Below, piece after piece: positions 22,319-32,000 of a stretch of 32,000 nt of DNA (within the stretch, counting starts at the first letter, position 1; the number at the start of each line of letters is the position of its first letter). The position numbers were made by a program, and so were the translations under genes. The stretch is from Cupriavidus necator (GTDB lineage: Bacteria; Pseudomonadota; Gammaproteobacteria; Burkholderiales; Burkholderiaceae), in contig NZ_CP066019.1 in assembly GCF_016127575.1 (NCBI RefSeq), positions 810,001-842,000 on the forward strand, read 5' to 3'. The notes under the pieces are model-generated. The model ran no database searches and was not told where the DNA came from. It saw nothing but the letters and a program-made list of their open reading frames with translations.

Positions 22319-23608
22319 TCAGAACCCCATCACGCCGCGGTAGTACTGGTACATCGCACGGATGGCGGATTCGGAGATCAGGGAGTTGGAGGTGCCGACC
22401 TGGTCCGGGTCCAGCTTGAGCACATTGAGGTCGCTGCTGGAGCGGCGCACGCCTTCCTGCACGAACTTCATCGCCTCGTTGTCTTCCAGCCCCAGGAAGC
22501 CAGCGGGGCCCATCAGGTTGCCTTGGCGCAGGCGGTGCTGCGTCATCTCCTCGGTATCATCCTCGTAGCCGAACATGGTCCACAGCATCAGCATGCTGTC
22601 CGGCCCGTTGGGCACGATCTGGCGCACGCCGAGGGTGTTCATTTCGCGCTGCACGATCAGGTTCGGCCAGATCGTCTGCATCGTCACCGACCAAGGCGAA
22701 TCGAACTCTTTCACATATTCCAGGAAGCGTTCGTCCTCCAGACGCATGCCTTCATGGTATGAGCGCATCTCCTTCTTGTTCTCGTCGCTGACGGCCGCGT
22801 ACTTGTCTTCCTTCTTCGCCGACGCCATGGTGCCGTGCCGCCCGTGCACGGGATCGGCGATCATGGCGCTTTCGTTGCCCGCCACCAGCAGTCCGAACAC
22901 CACCAGGAAGGAGTGCAGCAACGTGGCGTGGTACGGGTCCTTGAGGTTCTCGTGGTACATCTTCCAGTTGCACGGAAGTTCGTTCTTGTAGTACCCGAGC
23001 ACCTTGAGCGGCTTGCCGTTGAAGACGATGTCGAAGTCCTTGAGGATCTCCGGCGTCAGGTAGTCTTCCAGGCTTTCCATGTCCGCCGCGTACGAGGCGA
23101 AGATCACGCCGTTGCGCGTGGCCACGTTCAGCTTGACCAGGCCGTGGTCCTCGTTGCGGAAGTCCCTGGGCATGCCACCCGCGCGATTGACGCCGCGCTT
23201 GAACGGAACGCCCTGCAGGTTGCCCTTGAGGTCGTAGGACCACTGGTGATAGGGGCAGACGAATTCCTTTGCATTGCCCTGGCTGTGGCGGCAGAACTCG
23301 GCGCCGCGGTGCGCGCAGCGATTTTCGAAGACGTTGACCGAGCCGTCTTCGGCGCGCGACACCACCACCGGCGTCGCGCCGACATAGGAGCGCTTGTAGT
23401 CGCCGGCGTTGGGGATCTCCGCTTCGAGCGCGACGTAGTTCCAGGAGCGTCCGCGAAAGATCTTCTGCAGCTCGAGGTCATGCACCTCCTTGCTGGTGTA
23501 GACCCAGTCCGGGATGTAGTGCAGGCTGTCTTCGGGCCAACGGCAGTCGGCCAGGCCGGCGTCTTTCTTGCCCAGCGTGTGCTGGATCACAGCTTGTGTC
23601 TGGTACAT
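22319..23608 (-). CDS. Rieske non-heme-iron oxygenase, large (alpha) subunit, salicylate-5-hydroxylase (NagG) / anthranilate dioxygenase (AndAc)-like clade
   Basis: Rieske motif CAHRGAEFC-x11-CPYH (C-x-H-x17-C-x2-H). Mononuclear iron motif NLKDPYHATLLH. About 429 aa, and GNAKEFVCPYHQWSYDLKGNLQGVPF resembles NagG as I recall it. Confidence 0.9.
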   Translation of the reverse strand: MYQTQAVIQHTLGKKDAGLADCRWPEDSLHYIPDWVYTSKEVHDLELQKIFRGRSWNYVALEAEIPNAGDYKRSYVGATPVVVSRAEDGSVNVFENRCAHRGAEFCRHSQGNAKEFVCPYHQWSYDLKGNLQGVPFKRGVNRAGGMPRDFRNEDHGLVKLNVATRNGVIFASYAADMESLEDYLTPEILKDFDIVFNGKPLKVLGYYKNELPCNWKMYHENLKDPYHATLLHSFLVVFGLLVAGNESAMIADPVHGRHGTMASAKKEDKYAAVSDENKKEMRSYHEGMRLEDERFLEYVKEFDSPWSVTMQTIWPNLIVQREMNTLGVRQIVPNGPDSMLMLWTMFGYEDDTEEMTQHRLRQGNLMGPAGFLGLEDNEAMKFVQEGVRRSSSDLNVLKLDPDQVGTSNSLISESAIRAMYQYYRGVMGF

Positions 23609-23620
23609 GTGGGAGTCCTT

Positions 23621-24901
23621 TCAGAGTGTAGTGGGGCTGGCCGCTGCCGTAGGGAGGTCGCGCACCAGCTGTCGCAGCGGCATGGCGTCATCGCACAGCC
23701 GTGGCAGCAGGTCTTCGACGGCATGGCCGAAGAGCGCGCGCAGCGGCCGCAGGTCGCCGCCGGCATTGATGGCGATGGCGTGGCTGAGCCGGCCGTGCCG
23801 GGTGCCGAGCAGCATGAACCTGGGGCAGGGCGCGTCGCTGGCGGCGATGCCGCGCCAGGCATAGCGGGTATCGGGAGTGGCCGCGCCGAGCATCTGCACG
23901 TTGCAGCCGAACTGGTCGGTCCAGAACCACGGCATCGCCGCGGGTTCGGTCTGCACGCCCAGCATGGCGGCGGCGGCGATGCGCGCCTGCTCGTTGGCGC
24001 TTTGCCAGGACTCCAGCCGCATGTGGGCGCCGAGCCGGGGCTGGTACTGGCTGCAGCAGTCGCCCGCGGCATAGATGCCGGCCGCGCTGGTGCGGCCCTG
24101 CTGGTCGACCTGGATGCCGCCGTTGGCGGGGTCCAGCGCCAGGCCGGCGGCGGCGCCGAGCGCCACCTCGGGCGTCAGCCCGATCGCGACCACCACCAGC
24201 GGCGCCTGCAACGCCGCGCCGTCCGCAAGCCTGACCTGCACGCCATCGGCCTGCGGCACCAGGGCCGCGATGCCGCAGCCGAGCCGCAGCTCGACGCCTT
24301 GCGCAAGCACGCGCTGCGCCAGCCAGCTGCCAAGCTCAGGCGGCAGCGCGCGGCCGAGCAGCCGGTCGGCGCTTTCGATCAGCGTGACCCGGAGGCCGAG
24401 GCCGGCCGCGGTCGAGGCCGTTTCCAGGCCAAGGAAGCCGCCGCCGATCACGATCACTTCGCGCGCGCGCTGCATGGCATCGCGCAGGCGGGCGGCGTCG
24501 TCGAGCGTGCGCAGGTAGTGCACGCGGGGCGTGCCCGGGGGAAGCGTAGGCAGGACGCGCGCATTGCCGCCTGTGGCGAGCAGGCAGGCGGCGTAGCGAA
24601 TGGCCTCGCCATCGGCGCAGTGCGCCACGCTGTGCGCGGGGTCCAGCGCGGTGACCGTGGTGCCAAGCCGCAGCTCGATCTCCTGCCCGGCATAGAAGCC
24701 GGCGGGGTGCACGCCGATCTTGCCGTCCTGCGCGGCATCGGCGAGCACGGACTTGGACAGCGGCGGGCGTTCGTACGGTGCATGGCGTTCGCCGCCGGCC
24801 ATGACGATGCGGCCGCGATGGCCGAGCCTGCGCAGTTCGGCAGCGGCCATCGCGCCTGCCTGGCCGGCGCCGACAATCAGGATGGGCGTGTCTTGTGGCA
24901 T
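23621..24901 (-). CDS. FAD/NAD(P)H ferredoxin reductase (glutathione-reductase-type) of the oxygenase system
   Basis: Start is ATG 24901, with GGAG upstream. The track ORF is extended to 25036 by overlap. Two Rossmann motifs: ILIVGAGQAGAMAA and VIVIGGGFLGLETA. Confidence 0.85.
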   Translation of the reverse strand: MPQDTPILIVGAGQAGAMAAAELRRLGHRGRIVMAGGERHAPYERPPLSKSVLADAAQDGKIGVHPAGFYAGQEIELRLGTTVTALDPAHSVAHCADGEAIRYAACLLATGGNARVLPTLPPGTPRVHYLRTLDDAARLRDAMQRAREVIVIGGGFLGLETASTAAGLGLRVTLIESADRLLGRALPPELGSWLAQRVLAQGVELRLGCGIAALVPQADGVQVRLADGAALQAPLVVVAIGLTPEVALGAAAGLALDPANGGIQVDQQGRTSAAGIYAAGDCCSQYQPRLGAHMRLESWQSANEQARIAAAAMLGVQTEPAAMPWFWTDQFGCNVQMLGAATPDTRYAWRGIAASDAPCPRFMLLGTRHGRLSHAIAINAGGDLRPLRALFGHAVEDLLPRLCDDAMPLRQLVRDLPTAAASPTTL

Positions 24902-24912
24902 GCTCGGCTCCT

Positions 24913-25218
24913 TCAAAGCTCGACCCACACCCGGCTGTCTTCGAACTTGACCGGGTAGGTGCGGATGTCGCTGGTGGCAGGCGCGCACATCGCCTTGCCG
25001 GAGCGGATGTCGAAGCGGGCCTGGTGCAGCGGGCACTCGATGCAGCCGTCTTCCAGGTAGCCGTCGGACAGCAGCGCGTACTGGTGCGTGCAGACGTTGT
25101 CGGTGACGAAGTACTGGTCGTCGCTGCGATAGACGGCGAGCTGGCGGTCCCCCAGCGTGAGCGGCATTACCTCGTCGTTCCGCAGGCCGTGGGCGGCGTC
25201 GATTTCAATCCATGCCAT
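24913..25218 (-). CDS. Rieske [2Fe-2S] ferredoxin component
   Basis: 101 aa. CTHQYALL ... CPLHQARF (C-x-H ... C-x-x-H). Confidence 0.85.
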   Translation of the reverse strand: MAWIEIDAAHGLRNDEVMPLTLGDRQLAVYRSDDQYFVTDNVCTHQYALLSDGYLEDGCIECPLHQARFDIRSGKAMCAPATSDIRTYPVKFEDSRVWVEL

Positions 25219-25242
25219 GGCGATCTCCGTGAATTTGATTTG

Positions 25243-25276
25243 TCAGTATGCTGAATATATAAGATCAGTGTACTGA
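25243..25276. promoter_or_regulatory. Two copies of the 12-bp palindromic operator upstream of the Rieske oxygenase operon
   Basis: TCAGTATGCTGA (25243-25254) and TCAGTGTACTGA (25265-25276), with centres 22 bp apart. A degenerate third copy, GCAGTATTCTGG, is at 25289-25300. They flank a TATATA/TATATT -10-like element 25-60 bp upstream of the ferredoxin ATG. Confidence 0.55.
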
Positions 25277-25300
25277 TGTTTTATGCTCGCAGTATTCTGG

Positions 25301-26350
25301 TTAACCCTGGCCCGGGTTGGCCGCGCCGGATCCGGCTGGCCCCACCGCGGGCGCGCCGGCCTGCAGCGACGGGCGGGCCTGCCAGCGCGCCAGGATCTCG
25401 CCCATGATGCCGCGGCGGAACGTCAGCACGCACACCACGAAGATCAGCCCCGTCACCATGCTGACCGATTCGCCCAGCGTTTCGAACCAGCCGATGCCGG
25501 TCATGGCCGCGAGCGCATTGCCGGCGTCGCCCAGCTTGTTTTCCAGCGCCACGATCACCAGCGCGCCGACCAGCGGGCCCGACAACGTGCCCATGCCGCC
25601 GACCAGCGTCATCAGGATGACCGTGCCCGACATCATCCAGTGCACGTCGGTGAGCGTGGCAAAGCCCAGCACCAGGGTCTTGAGCGCGCCCGCCAGCCCG
25701 GCCAGCGCCGACGACAGCACGAACGCCAGCAGCTTGAAGCGGTCCGCGTCATAGCCCAGCGAGATGGCACGCGGCTCGTTCTCCTTAATCGCACGCAGGA
25801 TCTGCCCGAACGGCGAGTTGACGATGCGCATGATGCCGAGGAAGGCCGCGGCGGTGATCAGCAGCACGACGTAGTACATGGTGTGGTCCGACGCCAGCGG
25901 CAGCACGCCGAACAGGTCGCCCCGCGGCACCGCCTGGAGGCCGTCTTCGCCACCGGTCGCGGGCGCCTGCAGGCAGAAGAAATAGAACATCTGCGCCAGC
26001 GCTAGCGTGATCATGGCGAAGTAAATGCCCTGCCTGCGTATTGCCAGTGCACCAAACACCAGGCCGAGCAGGGCACCGAACGCGGTGCCTGCGAGCAGGC
26101 CAAGCTCCGGCGTCAGCTGCAGGAACTTCATCGCATAGCCGCAGGCATAGGCGGCGCCGCCGAAGAAGGCCGCATGGCCGAACGACACCAGCCCGGTGTA
26201 GCCCAGCAGCAGGTTGAAGGCGCAGGCAAAGAGCGCGAAGCACAGCAGCTTCATCACCAGCACCGGGTAGGCGCCCAGCCAGGGCGCGAGCAGCAGGACC
26301 GCCAGCAGCAGTCCGTAGGCGAAGGTCGCACGCTTTCCGCTTGCCATCAT
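25301..26350 (-). CDS. Branched-chain-amino-acid-type (LivM-like) ABC permease
   Basis: Start is ATG 26350, overlapping the LivH-like stop (ATGA). 349 aa and polytopic. The track ORF (to 26782) is an overlap extension. Confidence 0.85.
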   Translation of the reverse strand: MMASGKRATFAYGLLLAVLLLAPWLGAYPVLVMKLLCFALFACAFNLLLGYTGLVSFGHAAFFGGAAYACGYAMKFLQLTPELGLLAGTAFGALLGLVFGALAIRRQGIYFAMITLALAQMFYFFCLQAPATGGEDGLQAVPRGDLFGVLPLASDHTMYYVVLLITAAAFLGIMRIVNSPFGQILRAIKENEPRAISLGYDADRFKLLAFVLSSALAGLAGALKTLVLGFATLTDVHWMMSGTVILMTLVGGMGTLSGPLVGALVIVALENKLGDAGNALAAMTGIGWFETLGESVSMVTGLIFVVCVLTFRRGIMGEILARWQARPSLQAGAPAVGPAGSGAANPGQG

Positions 26351-27231
26351 TTTTCCTTTCCAAAGAGCCCGGCGGGGCGCACCAGCAGCACGCACACCAT
26401 GGCGACGAAGACCACCGTCGCGGAGGCTTCGGGGTAGTAGACCTTGGTAATACCCTCGAAGACACCCAGGCCAAGTCCGGTGAAGATCGAGCCCAGGATC
26501 GACCCCATGCCGCCGATCACCACCACGGCGAAGACCGTGATGATCAGATTCTGGCCCATCAGCGGCGAGACCTGCATCACCGGCGCGGCCAGCACGCCCG
26601 CCAGCGCGGCCAGGCCCACGCCGAACGCGTAGGTCAGCGTCACCAGCAGCGGCACGTTGACGCCGAAGGCCTCGACCATGCGCGGATTCTCGGTGCCGGC
26701 GCGCAGGTAGGCGCCCAGCCGCGTCTTCTCGATCATGAACCAGGTGGCAAAGCACACCGCCAGCGACGCCAGCACCACCCATGCGCGGTAGTTGGGAAGC
26801 ACCATGAAGCCCAGCTGGCTCACGCCAGACAAGCCTTCAGGCGTGGGATAGGGCAGGCCTGAGACGCCATAGATCGAGCGCAGCGCGCCTTCGATCAGCA
26901 GGCAGATGCCCAGCGTCAGCAGCAGCCCGTACAGGTGGTCGAAGCGGTAGAGGTGGCGCAGCATGGTGCGCTCCAGCACCACGCCGAGCGCCCCGGCCAG
27001 CACCGGTGCCAGCACCAGCATCAGCCAGTAGTTGAGCCCGAGATAGTTCAGGCCCATCCAGGCCAGCACCGCGCCGAGCATGAACAGCGCGCCGTGCGCA
27101 AAGTTGATCACGTTGAGCAGACCGAAGATCACGGCCAGGCCCAGGCTCAGGATCGCGTAGAACGAGCCGTTGACCAGCCCCAGCAGTAACTGGCTCAGCA
27201 GCGCGGGCAGGGGCACTCCAAACAATTCCAT
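26347..27231 (-). CDS. Branched-chain-amino-acid-type (LivH-like) ABC permease
   Basis: Start is ATG 27231, with AAGGAG upstream. LLLGLVNGSFYAILSLGLAVIFGLLNVINFAHGALFMLGA is the typical LivH N-terminus. Confidence 0.85.
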   Translation of the reverse strand: MELFGVPLPALLSQLLLGLVNGSFYAILSLGLAVIFGLLNVINFAHGALFMLGAVLAWMGLNYLGLNYWLMLVLAPVLAGALGVVLERTMLRHLYRFDHLYGLLLTLGICLLIEGALRSIYGVSGLPYPTPEGLSGVSQLGFMVLPNYRAWVVLASLAVCFATWFMIEKTRLGAYLRAGTENPRMVEAFGVNVPLLVTLTYAFGVGLAALAGVLAAPVMQVSPLMGQNLIITVFAVVVIGGMGSILGSIFTGLGLGVFEGITKVYYPEASATVVFVAMVCVLLVRPAGLFGKEK

Positions 27232-27241
27232 GAAAGTCTCC

Positions 27242-27975
<734 letters not shown>

Positions 27976-27979
<4 letters not shown>

Positions 27980-28782
27980 GATGCCTCCGCGTTCAGCGCC
28001 GCCGCGGCTGCGTGGCGGTCTTCGGGTTCGTCGGTGGTTCCCATATAGGCTTCCCTTACCTGCGGATTGCGTGAGATCTCGTCATAGGTCCCTTCTGCCA
28101 GCACCGCGCCGCGCTGCAGCACCGTGATGCGGTCCACGATGGACGACACCACGCTCATGTTGTGTTCCACCATCAGCACCGTCCGCCCCGCCGAAACGCG
28201 CTTGATCAGGGTGGTGACGGTCTCCACGTCTTCATGCCCCATGCCTTGCGTCGGTTCGTCCAGCAGCATCAGCTCCGGGTCGGTCGCGAGCGTGGTGGCG
28301 AGTTCCAGCGCGCGCTTGCGCCCGTAGGCCAGCTCCGCCGTGCCCAGGTGCGCGAAGCCGGCCAGGCCGACCGCATCCAGCAGTTCCATGGCGCGGCCGT
28401 CCAGCCGCGACAGGGAGCGCCTGCCACGCCAGAAATGCCAGGAGGTCCCGAGCCGGCGCTGCAGCGCGATGCGCACGTTCTCCAGCACCGTCAGTTGCGG
28501 AAACACCGCCGAGATCTGGAACGAGCGGATCACCCCCATGCGGGCGATCTGGGCCGGCCGCAGCGCGGTGATGTCGGTGCCGTTGAAGTGGATCGAGCCT
28601 GACGAGGGCGCATGGAACTTCGTCAGCAGGTTGAAGCAGGTGGTCTTGCCGGCGCCGTTGGGGCCGATCAGCGCGTGGATCGAGCCCCGCCGCACGGACA
28701 GGCTGACATCGCTGACTGCGGTAAAGCCCTTGAACGCCTTGGTCAGTCCCTGCGTCTGCAGGATTACATCAGTGTCAGGCAT
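27976..28782 (-). CDS. ABC transporter ATP-binding protein (LivG-like)
   Basis: Walker A GPNGAGKTT, LAYGRKRALELA signature-region variant typical of LivG, Walker B LMLLDEP. Confidence 0.9.
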
Positions 28783-28789
28783 GGCGCGC

Positions 28790-30007
28790 TCACTTCTTCA
28801 CCAGGGGACATTCGCTGGCGGACAGCGGCCGGAAGGCTTCGTCGCCGGGGATCGTGCCGATGTACCTGACCAGGTCCCACGGGCCCTTGGACTCGGCCGG
28901 GGTCTTGGCCTGGGCCAGGTACATGTCATGCACCATGCGGCCGTCGACACGCACCTTGCCATTGCGCACGAAGGCATCGTTGACGGGCAGCGCGCGCATC
29001 TTCTCCGCCACGGCCGGGCCTTCCACGGTCTTGGCGGCTTCCACCGCCTTCAGGTAATGCAGCACGCCTGAATAGACGCCGATCTGGCCATGCGTGGGAT
29101 AGGCCTTGTGGCGCTTGTAGTAGCGCTCGACGAAGTCCTTCGACTTGCCATCCAGGTCGAGCTTGAACGGGTCGACATAGGTCAGCCCTTGCGCAGCGTT
29201 CAGGCCCAGGCTCTTGATATCGGTGATGAAGGTGGAGGGCGTGATCACCGTCTGGCCCGCCTTGATCAGGCCGAACTCGCCGGCTGCCTTGACCCCGTTG
29301 ATCATGTCGTTGCCGGCGTTGGCCAGCACCACCACCTTGGCCTTGGAAGCCGAGGCGGCCACCACCGGGCTGCTGAAATCGCTGGCGTTGAGCGGATGCC
29401 GGGTGGCGCCCACGTTCTTGCCGCCGCCTGCGTCCACGGCCTTGCGGAAATCTGCCTCCAGCGACTGGCCGAAGGCGTAGTCCACGGTGATGTAGTACCA
29501 GCTGTTGCGGCCCTGTTCGATCATGCGCCGCACCAGCGGGTAAGACACCGAATACGTGTCCCAGGCCCAATGGAAGCCGGTGGGCGAGCAGTTCTGGTTG
29601 GTCAGCGCCATGGCGCCGCCGGTCGAGACGATGTCGATCTTCTGCTTCTGCCGCGCCACCTCCTGCACCGCCAGCGCGGTCGACGAGTTGGGAAAGTCGA
29701 TCACCATGTCGACGCCATCGGTATCGAACCAGCGGCGCGCCAGCGACGAGGCGATATCGGCCTTGTTCTGGTGATCGGCGGAAAGCACCGTCACAGGTTT
29801 GCCGAGGGCCTTGCCGCCGAACTCTTCCACGGCCATCTGCGCGGCAAGCACGGAGCCCTTGCCGGAGAGGTCGGCATAGGAGCCGGACATGTCGGTGATG
29901 ACGCCGATCTTCACGCCATTGGCGTCGGCCAGTGCGGGCGTGGCGGCGGCCAGGCCCAGCAGGGCGGAGGACGCAGCGAGGGTGCGGAGGATGCGAGAGG
30001 TGGACAT
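28790..30007 (-). CDS. LivK/Peripla_BP_6-type periplasmic substrate-binding protein
   Basis: Start is ATG 30007, with GGAG upstream. Signal peptide ...AATPALA-DANG. VKIGVITDMSGSYADLSG is typical of the family. The track ORF is extended to 30160. Confidence 0.85.
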   Translation of the reverse strand: MSTSRILRTLAASSALLGLAAATPALADANGVKIGVITDMSGSYADLSGKGSVLAAQMAVEEFGGKALGKPVTVLSADHQNKADIASSLARRWFDTDGVDMVIDFPNSSTALAVQEVARQKQKIDIVSTGGAMALTNQNCSPTGFHWAWDTYSVSYPLVRRMIEQGRNSWYYITVDYAFGQSLEADFRKAVDAGGGKNVGATRHPLNASDFSSPVVAASASKAKVVVLANAGNDMINGVKAAGEFGLIKAGQTVITPSTFITDIKSLGLNAAQGLTYVDPFKLDLDGKSKDFVERYYKRHKAYPTHGQIGVYSGVLHYLKAVEAAKTVEGPAVAEKMRALPVNDAFVRNGKVRVDGRMVHDMYLAQAKTPAESKGPWDLVRYIGTIPGDEAFRPLSASECPLVKK

Positions 30008-30101
30008 CAGGGGCTCCAGGTTGTCTACGCGAAAGATTGGAATGGTTGCTGCGTCGGCAGACCGCGGCGCCATCGCTGCGCCGCGGGTAGCGCGGATAAA
30101 C

Positions 30102-30113
30102 TCAGTATACTGA
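30102..30113. promoter_or_regulatory. Perfect copy of the 12-bp palindromic operator upstream of the ABC importer operon
   Basis: TCAGTATACTGA (self-complementary), 95 bp upstream of the SBP ATG and immediately downstream of the MFS terminator hairpin. Confidence 0.5.
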
Positions 30114-30123
30114 ATAGTTTGCC

Positions 30124-30149
30124 GGAAGAAAGGGCGGAGAGATCCGCCC
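30124..30149 (-). terminator. Intrinsic terminator of the MHS-type MFS gene
   Basis: On the minus strand, GGGCGGA-TCTC-TCCGCCC (7-bp stem) is followed by TTTCTTCC. It starts 24 nt after the MFS stop codon. Confidence 0.65.
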
Positions 30150-30172
30150 TTCAGCTTCACCCGTAGTGCCGC

Positions 30173-31777
30173 TCAGGTGGCCAGATCGCGGCCGCGCGTC
30201 TCCGGCACGAACAGCATGCCGATGACAAAGGCCAGACCGGCGATGATCACCGGGTACCACAGGCCGAAGTAGACGTCGCCGCTGGCCACGTTCATGGCCG
30301 TGACCACGAAGGACAGCATGCCGCCGACCCAGCCCGCGCCGAGGTGGAAGGGCAGCGACAGCGAGGTGTAGCGCACCCGGGCCGGGAACAGCTCCACCAT
30401 GAAGGCCGCCATCGGCCCGTACACCATGGCCAGGAACAGGATCGGGACCAGCAGCAGCACGAATACCATCGGCGTGTTGATCTTGGCGGGGTCCGCGCGC
30501 TCGGGCCAGCCGGCCGCCACCAGCGCGCTCTTGATGGCGTCGCGGTCAAAGCCCTGCAGCGTGCGATCCGCGATGCGTACTTCAGCCTGCGCCGGATTGC
30601 TGGCCGGCACGAAGGTGTAGCCCACGCCCAGGTCGGTCAGGTAGCCGCGGATCTTGTCGCAGGCGGACACCGGCTCGCCGAACAGGCGCGCCTTGCAGTC
30701 GCCGGCCGTCACCTGCACGGCGCCCTGCTGCTGGAACTGTTCCAGCGCCGGATTGGCATAGTGCGTCAGGCCCTTGAACACCGGCTGGATGCACACCGCC
30801 GCCAGCAGGCAGGCGGCCATCATGATGTACTTGCGGCCGATGCGGTCGGACAGCCAGCCGAACAGCAGGTAGCAGGGGGTGGCCACCACCAGCGCGATCC
30901 CGATCAGCATGTGGACCGTTTCGAGCGGCACGTGCAGCGTCTTGTTGAGGAAGAACATCGAATAGAAGTGGCCGGTGCCGAAGATGGCGCCCAGGCCCGC
31001 CGCCACCACGAACAGCAGCAGCACCGACCTGAGGTTCTTCCAGTTGGTGAAACTCTCGCGGATCGGCGCCCTCGAGGTGGTGTTGGCAGCCTTCATCCGG
31101 GCAAAGACCGGCGATTCATGCAGCTTGCCGCGGATGTAGACCGAGATCACCAGCATCACAAGCGACACGATGAAGGGAATGCGCCAGCCCCAGTCACGGA
31201 ACTCGGCCTCGGTCAGGAAGGTCTTGAGCAGGTAGACGACCAGCAACGAGGACAGCAGGCCCAGCGTTGCCGTGGTCTGCAGCGAACTGGTGTACAGCCC
31301 GCGCTTGTGCACGGGGGAGTGCTCGGCCACGTAGGTGACCGCGCCGCCGACCTCGCCGCCCAGCGCCAGGCCTTGCAGCAGCCGCAGCAACACCAGCAGC
31401 ACGGTGGCGGTGATGCCGATCTGCTCATACGTGGGCAGCACGCCGACGCCGACGGTGGCAACACCCATCAGCAGGATGGTGACCAGGAAGGTGTACTTGC
31501 GCCCGATCAGGTCGCCCAGGCGGCCGAACAGCAGCGCGCCCACCGGCCGTATCAGGAAGCCTGCGCCGAAGGTGGCCAGGCTGGCCAGGAAGGCGGCAGT
31601 CTCATTGCCCTTGGGGAAGAACAGTGCGCCGAAATACACCGCCAGTGCGGCGTAGATGTAAAAGTCGTACCACTCCATCAGGGCGCCGAAGGAAGAGGCA
31701 AGGATGACCTTGCGCTCCTCGGCTGTCATGCCGGATGCGGGGGCGCGTGTCTCGCTGCGAGTCAGGCTGATCGTCAT
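30173..31777 (-). CDS. MFS transporter, metabolite:H+ symporter (MHS) family, with a roughly 100-aa extra loop domain
   Basis: MEWYDFYIY, GRLGDLIGRK (motif A), LQGLALGGEVGGA, a second SDRIGRKY, and 12 TM. A roughly 102-aa insertion lies between TM9 and TM10. Confidence 0.9.
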   Translation of the reverse strand: MTISLTRSETRAPASGMTAEERKVILASSFGALMEWYDFYIYAALAVYFGALFFPKGNETAAFLASLATFGAGFLIRPVGALLFGRLGDLIGRKYTFLVTILLMGVATVGVGVLPTYEQIGITATVLLVLLRLLQGLALGGEVGGAVTYVAEHSPVHKRGLYTSSLQTTATLGLLSSLLVVYLLKTFLTEAEFRDWGWRIPFIVSLVMLVISVYIRGKLHESPVFARMKAANTTSRAPIRESFTNWKNLRSVLLLFVVAAGLGAIFGTGHFYSMFFLNKTLHVPLETVHMLIGIALVVATPCYLLFGWLSDRIGRKYIMMAACLLAAVCIQPVFKGLTHYANPALEQFQQQGAVQVTAGDCKARLFGEPVSACDKIRGYLTDLGVGYTFVPASNPAQAEVRIADRTLQGFDRDAIKSALVAAGWPERADPAKINTPMVFVLLLVPILFLAMVYGPMAAFMVELFPARVRYTSLSLPFHLGAGWVGGMLSFVVTAMNVASGDVYFGLWYPVIIAGLAFVIGMLFVPETRGRDLAT

Positions 31778-31901
31778 GGCGGGGGTCCTTTGGTCTAGCT
31801 ATTGTCTCTATATGTCTGCTCGTCCCGGCGGTGCCGGCGCCGCTGGCCAGGGCCTGTCGGTCCCTCGCGCAGTGCAGCGCCGCATCCTTCCGGTGCATCA
31901 G

Positions 31902-31933
31902 TCAGTATGCTGATGAGAAACGCAGTATGCTGA
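31902..31933. promoter_or_regulatory. Two copies of the 12-bp palindromic operator upstream of the MHS-type MFS gene
   Basis: TCAGTATGCTGA (31902-31913) and GCAGTATGCTGA (31922-31933), with centres 20 bp apart, 125-155 bp upstream of the MFS ATG. Confidence 0.5.
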
Positions 31934-32000
31934 GCAAAATGCGGGCCAGTCCACAATGTGCCGGAATGCCCGAAATCGCCTATTTAAATGGCCTTTTAAT

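Noticed and set aside
22835-24958. 707-aa plus-strand ORF
   Set aside because: It is antisense to the Rieske alpha subunit and the ferredoxin reductase, both of which carry clear cofactor motifs. The ORF is Arg/Ala/Gly-rich with no recognisable domain.

Overview
High-GC, densely coding chromosomal window. Protein families and codon style suggest a Cupriavidus/Ralstonia-like betaproteobacterium (inference). I support 31 CDS. I recognised no rRNA, tRNA, CRISPR array, transposase or integrase. All family calls come from motifs I could read in the translations; no database search was run.

Layout, left to right:
- Truncated HxlR regulator, a GNAT acetyltransferase and an RhtA-like EamA exporter.
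- A Fur-family regulator divergent from a TonB-dependent siderophore receptor, with an AT-rich Fur-box-like island between them. The receptor is coupled to a DUF1624 membrane protein.
- A tightly coupled minus-strand four-gene operon (12352->5763): HlyD-type membrane fusion protein, secreted alpha/alpha-repeat-like protein, BcsA-class processive GT2 synthase with a C-terminal PilZ domain, and a NodT/TolC-family outer-membrane lipoprotein.
- A sugar-porter-like MFS transporter and a TRAP transporter (P, Q, M).
- A Tat-exported intradiol-dioxygenase-like protein preceded by a small ORF, a CDA-fold deaminase, a secreted ankyrin-repeat protein and a MarR regulator.
- A three-component Rieske oxygenase (ferredoxin, reductase, alpha, beta), a LIV-type ABC importer and an MHS-type MFS transporter.

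Main findings:
1. The c-di-GMP/PilZ-gated glycan synthase sits inside an efflux-pump-like MFP+OMF scaffold. The usual BcsB/BcsC-type partners are absent. This is the best candidate for an undescribed exopolysaccharide secretion architecture.
2. A 12-bp palindromic operator, TCAGTAT(A/G)CTGA, recurs in front of three consecutive minus-strand transcription units (MFS, ABC, Rieske oxygenase). Related half-sites lie in front of the MarR gene. Together these define a compact aromatic-acid uptake/hydroxylation regulon.

Many long ORFs in the supplied track are antisense or alternate-frame artefacts of the high GC content and were rejected.
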